The position numbers and the translations under genes were made by a program. This document shows positions 1 through 8,017 of a stretch of DNA of 64,000 bases, piece after piece. Origin of the DNA: Bacilli bacterium (GTDB lineage: Bacteria; Bacillota_I; Bacilli_A; RFN20; CAG-826). Below the pieces are notes generated by a model. The model searched no databases, had not been told where the DNA came from, and saw nothing but the letters and a program-made list of their open reading frames with translations. The stretch lies in contig DASRNI010000028.1 of NCBI GenBank assembly GCA_035647455.1, positions 138,736-202,735 on the forward strand, in the 5' to 3' direction. Every line of letters starts with the position of its first letter. Position 1 is the first letter of the stretch.

Positions 1-123
1 GAAGCGCGTGAACGTCTAGCTCATGTGAAACCACGTACAGTCGGACAGGCGAAACGCATTAGTGGTGTTAATCCGAATGATATTATTATTTTAATGACGT
101 ATTTACGGAAGTTTGGCCGGTAA
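1..123 (+). CDS. mnmG: tRNA uridine 5-carboxymethylaminomethyl modification enzyme MnmG (GidA), C-terminal fragment cut by window edge
   Basis: Frame 1 reads [40 protein letters not shown], then TAA at 121-123. This matches the typical MnmG C-terminus (GQA.RISGV.P.D) and the mnmG-rsmG-parAB synteny. Confidence 0.75.
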   Translation, partial: EARERLAHVKPRTVGQAKRISGVNPNDIIILMTYLRKFGR

Positions 124-125
124 AA

Positions 126-821
126 ATGCAGTATTTTCGTGAATACTTACAAAAGATAAATATTAAAAACATTGCAGAAACAATGGAAAAATTTGTAATT
201 TATCAAGATTTTTTAGCGGAGAAAAACACGGTTATGAATTTAACCGCGATTGATAAAGACGAATATTTTGAGAAACATTTTTACGATTCATTACTTTTAA
301 GTGAACTCCATAATTTTACAAGTGAATCATTGCTTGATATTGGCAGTGGTGCGGGTTTTCCCGGTTTAGTTTTAGCGCTTGTTTACCCAAAATTAAAAGT
401 CACGCTCCTTGAACCAACAAGAAAGCGGGCTAATTTTTTAAACGAAACAGTTAAGCTGCTTAAGTTAAACAACGTGACAGTAGTTAGTGAGCGCGCTGAA
501 GATTATATTAATGAACACCGCGAAGCATTTGATTTAGTTACTGCTCGCGCTGTTGCGCATATGAGTGTATTACTTGAACTTGCCGCACCATTTGTAAAAG
601 TTAATGGATATTTACTGGCGATGAAAGGGCAAAGTGCCCAGGAAGAGTTAGAAGCAGCAAAACACGCTTTAAATGTTTTAAATTTAACAGTAGTTGAGCA
701 AAAGAAACATCAATTAATTACTGATAAAGCAACAAGAATTAATTTTAAAATAATTAAAACAAAGCGATCAAACAGTAAATATCCGCGTAATTATGGACAA
801 ATAAAGAAAAATCCACTTTAG
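126..821 (+). CDS. rsmG: 16S rRNA (guanine527-N7)-methyltransferase RsmG (GidB)
   Basis: 231 aa with the SAM-binding motif DIGSGAGFPGLVLA. Lies between mnmG and parA. Confidence 0.9.
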   Translation: MQYFREYLQKINIKNIAETMEKFVIYQDFLAEKNTVMNLTAIDKDEYFEKHFYDSLLLSELHNFTSESLLDIGSGAGFPGLVLALVYPKLKVTLLEPTRKRANFLNETVKLLKLNNVTVVSERAEDYINEHREAFDLVTARAVAHMSVLLELAAPFVKVNGYLLAMKGQSAQEELEAAKHALNVLNLTVVEQKKHQLITDKATRINFKIIKTKRSNSKYPRNYGQIKKNPL

Positions 822-856
822 TGATTAATTTGTTATACTAAATAAAGGTAATAAAC

Positions 857-1648
857 ATGGCAAAAATTATTGCAATTGCAAACCAAAAAGGTGGTGTTGG
901 TAAAACAACAACCGCAATTAATTTAAGTGCATCTTTTGCGCATTTCGGTCGTAAAGTTTTACTAATCGATATGGATCCACAAGGCAATTCAAGTCGCGGA
1001 CTTGGTGTTGATCCAACAACAGTAAAATATACAATTTATCATTCTTTTTTTCATGATGTTGATATTAATAAAGTAATTAACCGGACGGCGATGAAAACAC
1101 TTGATATTATTCCAGCTAATTTACTTTTAGCCCGAACAGACGTTGAAATAACGAGTTTAGCATTGCATCCGTTCACTGTTCTTAAGTCGCGAATGACAGA
1201 AATTAAGAAGAAATATGATTACATTTTTATTGATTGCCCACCGTCACTTGGCCTACTTAGTACGAACGCTCTAGTGGCCGCGGATAGTGTTATTGTTCCT
1301 GTGCAATGTGAATATTTTGCGCTTGAAGCAGTAGCCCAAGTACTTGCAACAATTAAGCAATTACAAAGTAGTCATAATGAAACACTAAAAATTGAAGGGT
1401 TCTTACTCACAATGTATGACCAACGAACACGCTTAGGGATTGAAACAAGTCAACAAGTACGGGGTTTATTTAAAGAGTCGACATTTATGACACCGATCCC
1501 ACGGAACGTCACTCTTGCTGAAGCAAGTGCAAAAAGCGTTCCGACAATTTTATATAAGCCAAATTCTAAAGGCGCACTTGCATACTTGAGTGTTGCTAAA
1601 GAAATTATCGAAAATGAAGAACGATACGAAGAAGATTTTGACAACTAA
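857..1648 (+). CDS. parA: Chromosome partitioning ATPase ParA/Soj
   Basis: Deviant Walker [19 protein letters not shown], and Walker [12 protein letters not shown]-like AAAGG upstream. Confidence 0.9.
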   Translation: MAKIIAIANQKGGVGKTTTAINLSASFAHFGRKVLLIDMDPQGNSSRGLGVDPTTVKYTIYHSFFHDVDINKVINRTAMKTLDIIPANLLLARTDVEITSLALHPFTVLKSRMTEIKKKYDYIFIDCPPSLGLLSTNALVAADSVIVPVQCEYFALEAVAQVLATIKQLQSSHNETLKIEGFLLTMYDQRTRLGIETSQQVRGLFKESTFMTPIPRNVTLAEASAKSVPTILYKPNSKGALAYLSVAKEIIENEERYEEDFDN

Positions 1649-2417
1649 TTTAAGTGATCTAATTGGTAAGTACGAAAAGTCGGATGTTCTTGCCGAATTA
1701 GAACGCGAATATTTAAGTTTGCCGATTCGACAAATTAGTTTACAAGAAATTACAACGAATAAATACTTAAAAAATGTTCGTTATAGTGACAAAAAAATTC
1801 GCAAACTAATTGATTCCTATGGTGAATCGCTTTTTATTGAACCACTTGTGTGTCGTCTTGTTGATGAAAAATACGAAATTATCATTGGCCACGAAAAGTT
1901 TCTTGCGGCAAAAGTTTTAAACATTCAGCAAATGAAAGTTACGATCACTAATTATAATGACGAAGAAACTTTACTGATCTTACTTGCACTTGCCCGCAAA
2001 CAAGAACAAAAAAACATTGTTGAATTTGCTGTTCTTTTTAGAGCATTAGCGAAAGAATTTAACTATACACAACAAAATATTGCGCGTTTAAGTTATTTGA
2101 GCCGCCCTCAAGTGACAAATATTATGCGGCTATTAAAATTACCGAGCGATGTTTTAAAATTAGTGCAAGAAGAGAAAATAAGTTATGGTCATGCTCGCGC
2201 ACTAATTAATTATCCGTCCGAAAAAGTTAAAGAACTGGCTAAATTAATTGCTAAAGAAAAACTTACAGTTCGCGAAGTTGAAAAAATGTTTGCTAAGGAG
2301 CAGGACACAGAGCAATCACCAAAAATTGTTCAAACAGGACGTAAGGTTACAGTTTTCTTTAACGATGAAGAAGAAGCGAAAGCATTTGCCGCCAAAATCA
2401 AAAAAGATAACGATTGA
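1590..2417 (+). CDS. parB: ParB/Spo0J-family partition protein (divergent N-terminal domain)
   Basis: HTH region [15 protein letters not shown]...ISYGHARAL resembles Spo0J, and the gene follows parA. The start is uncertain: ATG 1590, ATG 1614 or TTG 1641, all overlapping the parA end. Ends with TGA. Confidence 0.8.
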   Translation: MLLKKLSKMKNDTKKILTTNLSDLIGKYEKSDVLAELEREYLSLPIRQISLQEITTNKYLKNVRYSDKKIRKLIDSYGESLFIEPLVCRLVDEKYEIIIGHEKFLAAKVLNIQQMKVTITNYNDEETLLILLALARKQEQKNIVEFAVLFRALAKEFNYTQQNIARLSYLSRPQVTNIMRLLKLPSDVLKLVQEEKISYGHARALINYPSEKVKELAKLIAKEKLTVREVEKMFAKEQDTEQSPKIVQTGRKVTVFFNDEEEAKAFAAKIKKDND

Positions 2418-2442
2418 AAAAAGCCTGCAATCATCATATAAT
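2414..2442 (+). promoter_or_regulatory. Sigma-70-type promoter for the FMN riboswitch-ribU transcript
   Basis: TTGAAA (2414-2419), 17-nt spacer, TATAAT (2437-2442). Places the TSS a few nt before the riboswitch P1. Confidence 0.5.
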
Positions 2443-2446
2443 TAAG

Positions 2447-2590
2447 TTACTTCAGGGCAGGGTGAAATTCCCGACCGGCGGTAAACCCCGCGAGCGCAAG
2501 CTGAACTAGTGCAATTCTAGTGGCGATAGTTAAAGTCTAGATGGAAGAAGTCACTTTTTTCATTAAACGTCCCTGAGAAGGGAGTTTTTT
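2447..2590 (+). promoter_or_regulatory. FMN riboswitch (RFN element) with expression platform
   Basis: Near-consensus core: CTTCAGGGCAGGGTGAAATTCCCGACCGGCGGTAAACCCCGCGAGCG...AGTCTAGATGGAAGAAGT. The downstream CCCTGAGAAGGGAG can pair either with the P1 5' strand or with itself, covering the SD AAGGGAG. It sits directly upstream of a riboflavin transporter. Confidence 0.9.
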
Positions 2591-2595
2591 ATTAA

Positions 2596-3228
2596 ATGTC
2601 ACAAACAAATAATGCTAAAGAAGAAAAAGCACCTAAGAAAAATGGCATAACAAAGCAACAACGAGTGCGTAAAATTACGCATATTGCGATTTTTTCGGCG
2701 ATTTCTTTAATTTTATATGCCGCTCATGTTCCGCCGTTTGTTTTTCCGATTTTTCCGCCTCCATTTAACTTTTTGGAAATGAATTTTAGTGAAGTTCCTG
2801 CGTTAATTGGTGCTTTTGCTCATGGCCCCGTCGCCGGTTTTATCATTTTGGTGATAAGAATGGTGATGAAGCCATTATTTATGCCTTCGACAACCGGATA
2901 TATTGGTGAACTTGCTGATTTAATTTATTCAAGTGCTTTTATTATTCCAGCCGCCATTATTTATCAAAAACGACGCAATTTCAAAGGTGTATTAATTGGC
3001 CTTGGAGTTTCATTTGCTGCCCAGTTAGTAGTGTCAACAGCGGCGAATTACTTTTTAATTCATGGGTTATATAATCAAATGTTTTTCCGTGGTAACATCC
3101 CCTTTACGCGCGAGCAATTCATTGTTTATGTTTTCCCGTTTAATTTAATTAAAAATACGATTATTGCGGTAATAACGATACTGTTGTATAAGCGAATTAT
3201 GGTTTTTCTTAACCAACTTACGTCATAA
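2596..3228 (+). CDS. ribU: Riboflavin transporter RibU (ECF-type S component)
   Basis: 210-aa polytopic membrane protein immediately downstream of the FMN riboswitch. SD AAGGGAG lies upstream. Confidence 0.8.
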   Translation: MSQTNNAKEEKAPKKNGITKQQRVRKITHIAIFSAISLILYAAHVPPFVFPIFPPPFNFLEMNFSEVPALIGAFAHGPVAGFIILVIRMVMKPLFMPSTTGYIGELADLIYSSAFIIPAAIIYQKRRNFKGVLIGLGVSFAAQLVVSTAANYFLIHGLYNQMFFRGNIPFTREQFIVYVFPFNLIKNTIIAVITILLYKRIMVFLNQLTS

Positions 3229-3261
3229 AAAAACGGCTGTTAGTTCAGCCGTTTCTTTTTT
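3226..3261. terminator. Bidirectional intrinsic terminator (ribU / ferredoxin)
   Basis: Stem AAACGGCTG / CAGCCGTTT with a 6-nt loop, flanked by an A-run upstream and a T-run downstream. Lies between convergent genes. Confidence 0.7.
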
Positions 3262-3277
3262 ATATCACCAAAATTAA

Positions 3278-3472
3278 TTATTCGATAACGATTGCACTTG
3301 TTGGGCAAGCATCAGCAGCTTCTTGCGCGGAGTCTTCTAAATGTTCTGGAACTTCGTCGACAAGCGTTTTCATTTTACCATCATCATCCCAATCGAATAC
3401 TTCTGGACAAATGGCATTGCAAACACCACAGCTAATGCAAAGATCTTTATCGAGTGTAACTTTTTTTGCCAT
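3278..3472 (-). CDS. fer: 4Fe-4S ferredoxin
   Basis: 64 aa with the CISCGVCNAICP cluster motif and a distal CP. SD GGAGGA upstream on the minus strand. Confidence 0.85.
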   Translation of the reverse strand: MAKKVTLDKDLCISCGVCNAICPEVFDWDDDGKMKTLVDEVPEHLEDSAQEAADACPTSAIVIE

Positions 3473-3597
3473 AATTTCCTCCTATTGCACATATTATAAA
3501 CTTAATTTTCGGTTCACTCAACTATTACTAGAAGAAAAATCTCGAAAAGTCGTAAAACAATGTAATTTATGTTTATTTATATTATTATAAATAGAGT

Positions 3598-3936
3598 ATG
3601 AGTAAGAAAACGAAAAATTTAACAAGAAAAGACTATTGGGCTAAATATCGCAATGAAATTAAAGCGATGCAATTTAAGGATGAAGAAATAGTTACTGAAA
3701 AGGTTTCCGAAAAAGTTACACAGAGTCCAGAACCAAAAAAAGAAAAGAAAGTTTTGCTTACTTCGAAAAAACGGGGAACGCATGAATTAATTGCCGAATA
3801 TAAAAAAAACCACTGCAAAAAAAAGGAAGTGGTTGATGAACGTGAACTAAAAGTGGTGAAAATTATCGCGTCAATCTTACTAGTTCTCTTAATCGTCTTC
3901 CTTGTTTTTTACGTCACAAAGGAGAAATTACTATGA
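3598..3936 (+). CDS. Hypothetical Lys/Glu-rich protein with a C-terminal transmembrane anchor
   Basis: 112 aa. C-terminal IIASILLVLLIVFLVFYV helix. The stop overlaps the cmk start (ATGA). No family recognised. Confidence 0.5.
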   Translation: MSKKTKNLTRKDYWAKYRNEIKAMQFKDEEIVTEKVSEKVTQSPEPKKEKKVLLTSKKRGTHELIAEYKKNHCKKKEVVDERELKVVKIIASILLVLLIVFLVFYVTKEKLL

Positions 3937-4601
3937 AAAAAATCGCAATCGCAATCGACGGACCAGCGGCAGCAGGAAAGTCGACAATCGCTAAGAAAGT
4001 CGCCGCCCATTTTAATTACGTTTATATTGATACCGGGGCGATGTACCGCGCCTTCACATGGTATGTCATCAATAAAGGAGTTGACCCGCAAAATGAAGCG
4101 GCTTGTAACGTCTTAATTCCTGAAGTAACGATTCGCTTAACAAATAAAGCCGAAGTTTATGTGAATAACACCGATGTCACTACGGCAATTCGTCAACCGG
4201 ATGTTTCTGGTAACGTAAGTTATATTGCAAGTTACGCAAAAATTCGTGCTGCGCTTACAATTGAGCAACGAAAAATGGCGGAAAACGATAACGTTGTTAT
4301 GGATGGCCGTGATATTGGCAGTTATGTTCTTCCCGATGCGGAAGTCAAAATTTTTCAAACAGCGTCTGTAAAAGTACGCGCTTATCGCCGTTATCTTGAA
4401 AACCAAGAAAAAGGGATAGCGACAACACTAGAAGAAATTGAAAAAGAAATCGCAATGCGTGATCATATCGATTCAACACGAGCGGCAGCACCACTTGTGA
4501 AAGCTCAAGATGCAATTGAAGTTGATACGGATGATTTAACGATTGACGAAGTCGTTGCTTTAATTATTGAAATAGTTAATAAAAAATTGGAGACTAAATA
4601 A
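3933..4601 (+). CDS. cmk: Cytidylate kinase
   Basis: IAIDGPAAAGKST P-loop, with typical length and order (cmk-der-gpsA). Confidence 0.92.
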   Translation: MKKIAIAIDGPAAAGKSTIAKKVAAHFNYVYIDTGAMYRAFTWYVINKGVDPQNEAACNVLIPEVTIRLTNKAEVYVNNTDVTTAIRQPDVSGNVSYIASYAKIRAALTIEQRKMAENDNVVMDGRDIGSYVLPDAEVKIFQTASVKVRAYRRYLENQEKGIATTLEEIEKEIAMRDHIDSTRAAAPLVKAQDAIEVDTDDLTIDEVVALIIEIVNKKLETK

Positions 4602-4602
4602 A

Positions 4603-5913
4603 ATGGCATTGCCCGTTGTTGCTATTGTTGGTGCGCCTAACTCTGGAAAATCAACGATATTTAATCGAATCGTTGGTCAAAGAGTTTCGATAATTCATGA
4701 TGAACGCGGGATTACGCGTGACCGGATTTATGCCCGGGCAGAATGGTTAACCCGTGAATTTAATTTAATTGATACTGGGGGAATTGAACTTGAAAAAAGT
4801 GCTTTTCAAGAAGAAATTAGAGCGCAAGTTGAAATTGCAATAGAAGAAGCTGATGTCATCGTTTTTGTTGGCGACGGCCAAGTTGGTGTTACACACGACG
4901 ACCGGGAAATCGCCCGACTTTTATACGATGCTGGCAAACCAGTAATATTAGCGGTCAACAAAGTTGACGGTCTTGAACATGAGTATTTACGTCATGATTT
5001 TTACGCATTAGGTCTTGGTGAACCACTGAACGTTAGTGGTGAACACGGTATAGGTATCGGTGACTTACTTGATGAAATCATTAAAGTGCTGCCGAGCGTA
5101 ACAGTTGAAGATAACGAAGGTGCAATTTCTTTTTGTGTAATCGGTCAACCGAACGTTGGCAAGTCGAGTATCGTTAATGCACTTTTAAATAAAGAACGGG
5201 TGATTGTAACGCCGATTGAAGGAACAACCCGTGACGCAATTGATACAAAATTCAAGCACGACGGCCAAGATTATGTTGTGATTGATACAGCAGGGCTAAA
5301 AAAACGCGGAAAAATTTATGAAAGTGTTGATCGTTATGCCGCTCTTCGTGCATTTAGTGCAATTGAGCGTGCAGATGTTGCTCTTTTTGTGATTGATGCT
5401 GAAGCAGGTATTCGCAACCAAGATAAACATGTTGTCGGATACGCTGCCGAACAAGACAAAGCAATTGTTATTGTTGTTAATAAATGGGACGCCATTAAAA
5501 AAGATGATAAAACTATTTATGAATTTACGGAACAAATTCGTAATGAATTCAAATTTATCGATTACGCGCCCATTGTTTTTGTGTCGGCACTAACAAAGTT
5601 GCGAATTAACGATATTTTTAAACATATTAACGATGTTTATAGTGCTTACAAAACACGAATCGATACAACCGTACTTAACGAAGTAATTCATCGGGCTCAA
5701 GTTTATAATGATCCGCCGATGTTTAATGGTGGCCGTCTTAAAATATATTACGTTAGTCAAGTTGAAGCCAAACCGCCAACAATTGTTCTTTTTGTGAACA
5801 AACCATCATATCTTCATTTTTCTTATGAACGCTACATTGAAAACCAGTTACGCTCCGCATTTAACTTTGATGGAACACCGATTAAATTAGTGTTTAGGGA
5901 GCGAATGCGATGA
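4603..5913 (+). CDS. der: Ribosome-associated GTPase Der (EngA)
   Basis: Two tandem GTPase domains (GAPNSGKST...DTGG and GQPNVGKSS...DTAG, NKVD/NKWD) plus a KH-like C-terminus. Confidence 0.95.
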   Translation: MALPVVAIVGAPNSGKSTIFNRIVGQRVSIIHDERGITRDRIYARAEWLTREFNLIDTGGIELEKSAFQEEIRAQVEIAIEEADVIVFVGDGQVGVTHDDREIARLLYDAGKPVILAVNKVDGLEHEYLRHDFYALGLGEPLNVSGEHGIGIGDLLDEIIKVLPSVTVEDNEGAISFCVIGQPNVGKSSIVNALLNKERVIVTPIEGTTRDAIDTKFKHDGQDYVVIDTAGLKKRGKIYESVDRYAALRAFSAIERADVALFVIDAEAGIRNQDKHVVGYAAEQDKAIVIVVNKWDAIKKDDKTIYEFTEQIRNEFKFIDYAPIVFVSALTKLRINDIFKHINDVYSAYKTRIDTTVLNEVIHRAQVYNDPPMFNGGRLKIYYVSQVEAKPPTIVLFVNKPSYLHFSYERYIENQLRSAFNFDGTPIKLVFRERMR

Positions 5914-6911
5914 AAATAACGATATTTGGGACAGGAACATGGGGCACAGCGCTTGCTCAAGTATTAAGCGATAATAACCATGATCCATTACTTTATGGCA
6001 TTGTTGCTGAACAGGTTGATGATATTAACTTAAATCAGCGCAATTCTTTTTTCTTTGGTGAAGATGTTAAGCTTGCGGCAAACATTAAGGCGACGACTGA
6101 TTTTCAAAAAGCACTTAATTACAGTGAAATATATTTATTGGCCGTACCAAGCGTCGCACTTAAAAGTGTTTTGACAAAGATAAATGAAAACATTAATAAA
6201 AAAGTTTTGATTATTAATACGGCAAAAGGCTTTGACCCAGAAACCGGTGCGCGCTTAAGCGAATTAGTGCGGAAAGTTATTGATAAAGATAAACTTGAAG
6301 GCATTGTCAGTTTGATTGGGCCAAGTCACGCTGAAGAAGTTGTTGTTCGCCTTTTAACTGTAATTACCGCAACAAGCACAAACTTAGCGTTAGCAAAGCG
6401 TGTTCAAACGCTATTTGCCACAAAATATTTCCGTGTTTATACACAAGACGATGAAATTGGTGCCGAACTAGGGGTGAGTTATAAAAACGCGATTGCGATT
6501 GCTAGTGGTATTTTAGCCGGTCTAGGTTATGGTGATAATGCGCGGGCAGCTTTAATTACACGTGGTCTTGCTGAAATGGTGCGATTCGGCTCCGCTTTTG
6601 GTGGACGCGAAACTACGTACTTAGGCTTAACTGGTCTTGGTGACTTAATTGTTACATGTAACAGCGTTCATTCCCGTAACTTCCAAGCCGGTTTCACGAT
6701 TGGCAAGACAGAAGACGTTGCAAGTTTTCTCGAAGCAAACACAAAAACCGTTGAGGGAATTAGAACGATTAAAGTAATTTACGAACAAGCAAAAACGCGA
6801 AATATTGACGTTCCAATTATTAACGCCCTTTACGAAGTTCTTTATAATAATAAAGTCCCGAGTAAGATTATTGAGAAAGTTATGCTTCGCCCACTTAAAG
6901 AAGAATTTTAA
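5910..6911 (+). CDS. gpsA: NAD(P)H-dependent glycerol-3-phosphate dehydrogenase
   Basis: N-terminal Rossmann motif GTGTWGTALA. Overlaps the der stop (ATGA). Conserved der-gpsA synteny. Confidence 0.92.
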   Translation: MKITIFGTGTWGTALAQVLSDNNHDPLLYGIVAEQVDDINLNQRNSFFFGEDVKLAANIKATTDFQKALNYSEIYLLAVPSVALKSVLTKINENINKKVLIINTAKGFDPETGARLSELVRKVIDKDKLEGIVSLIGPSHAEEVVVRLLTVITATSTNLALAKRVQTLFATKYFRVYTQDDEIGAELGVSYKNAIAIASGILAGLGYGDNARAALITRGLAEMVRFGSAFGGRETTYLGLTGLGDLIVTCNSVHSRNFQAGFTIGKTEDVASFLEANTKTVEGIRTIKVIYEQAKTRNIDVPIINALYEVLYNNKVPSKIIEKVMLRPLKEEF

Positions 6912-7009
6912 AATTTGTTTTGATAAATCGATGTTTTACGGAATTGTCGCATTGTTTTTTATCACTAATTATGATAGATTAAAAGTATAAAATAGATGGA
7001 GGTTCGCGG

Positions 7010-7285
7010 ATGAATAAAACGCAGTTAGTAAATTTGATTGCTGAAAAAAACGGTCTTTCAAAACGTGCTGCTGAACAAATTGTTGATGCAGTTTTTGATG
7101 AAATAGTTAATACACTTACGGAAGGAAATGAAGTGAAATTGACGGGTTTCGGTACTTTCAGTGTCCGTAATCGCGCTGAACGCAAAGGGGTAAACCCAAA
7201 AGATGGGTCAACAATTATCATCCCCGCGGGTAAAACATTATTGTTCAAACCGTCAAAATTATTGAAAGATAAAATCAACAATTAA
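7010..7285 (+). CDS. hup: DNA-binding protein HU
   Basis: 91 aa: MNKTQLVNLIAEKNGLSKRAAEQIVDAVF...FGTFSVRNRAERKGVNPKDG. Strong GGAGGT SD. Confidence 0.93.
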   Translation: MNKTQLVNLIAEKNGLSKRAAEQIVDAVFDEIVNTLTEGNEVKLTGFGTFSVRNRAERKGVNPKDGSTIIIPAGKTLLFKPSKLLKDKINN

Positions 7286-7288
7286 AGG

Positions 7289-7308
7289 AAAGGGCGCAAG
7301 CCCTTTTT
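7289..7308 (+). terminator. Intrinsic terminator after hup
   Basis: AAAGGGC GCAA GCCCTTT hairpin followed by TT. Confidence 0.65.
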
Positions 7309-7314
7309 AAAAAA

Positions 7315-7986
7315 ATGGTCAACAATTTTCAAATCTTTTTAAAACTTGCAATGTTATTTGAAAAACACGGATTTAGTCTCTATCTAGTTGGAGGGGCTAG
7401 CCGTGAATTTTTGCTTGGTGAGCAAATATCGGAATTTGATTGCGCAACTGATGCAACTGCCGATGAGATGGAAAGTTTTCTTATTGATGCTAATTTTGTT
7501 TTTCGTAAGTACGGAACAGTTACGCATAAAGTTGATGGGCACCGCTTTGAAATAACTACGTTACGCAAAGAAGCGGGCTACATTAATTATCGTTATCCAG
7601 ACAAGATTACATTTGTGAAGACAATTGGCGAAGATTATGTTCGTCGTGATTTTACAATTAATGCAATCTACATTGACGCTCGACAAAACATTTATGACTT
7701 TGCTGGTGGGCAAAAAGATTTAAAGCAAAAAGTATTACGAATGATTGGGGATCCATACGTTCGACTCAAAGAAGATCCACTGCGGATTATTCGCGGATTG
7801 CGCTTTGTCGCTAAGCTTAAATTAACGATTGACGAAGATTTAAGTAAAGCGATTTTTAACACGAAAGATTTATTAGGAAAACTTAATAAAGAGAAGATTT
7901 TATTTGAATATAAAAAAGTAAATAAAAGCGACCAGTCTATTTTTCTTGCTTTATTAAAGCAATATGAAATTGAAATATTAAATTAG
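7315..7986 (+). CDS. Class II tRNA nucleotidyltransferase / poly(A) polymerase family protein, head-neck domains only (223 aa)
   Basis: Motifs LVGGASREFLLG..EFDCATDA, RRDFTINAIY and EDPLRIIRGLRF. Ends at TAG 7984-7986, and no downstream ORF supplies the body/tail domains. Confidence 0.7.
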   Translation: MVNNFQIFLKLAMLFEKHGFSLYLVGGASREFLLGEQISEFDCATDATADEMESFLIDANFVFRKYGTVTHKVDGHRFEITTLRKEAGYINYRYPDKITFVKTIGEDYVRRDFTINAIYIDARQNIYDFAGGQKDLKQKVLRMIGDPYVRLKEDPLRIIRGLRFVAKLKLTIDEDLSKAIFNTKDLLGKLNKEKILFEYKKVNKSDQSIFLALLKQYEIEILN

Positions 7987-8017
7987 TAGTGTAATATATT
8001 AGGGAAGAGGTGATTTT

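Noticed and set aside
7987-8017. glmS ribozyme upstream of the GlmS-like gene
   Set aside because: Only 31 nt separate the previous stop from the glmS start, and most of that is the SD region. There is no room for a ribozyme of about 170 nt.
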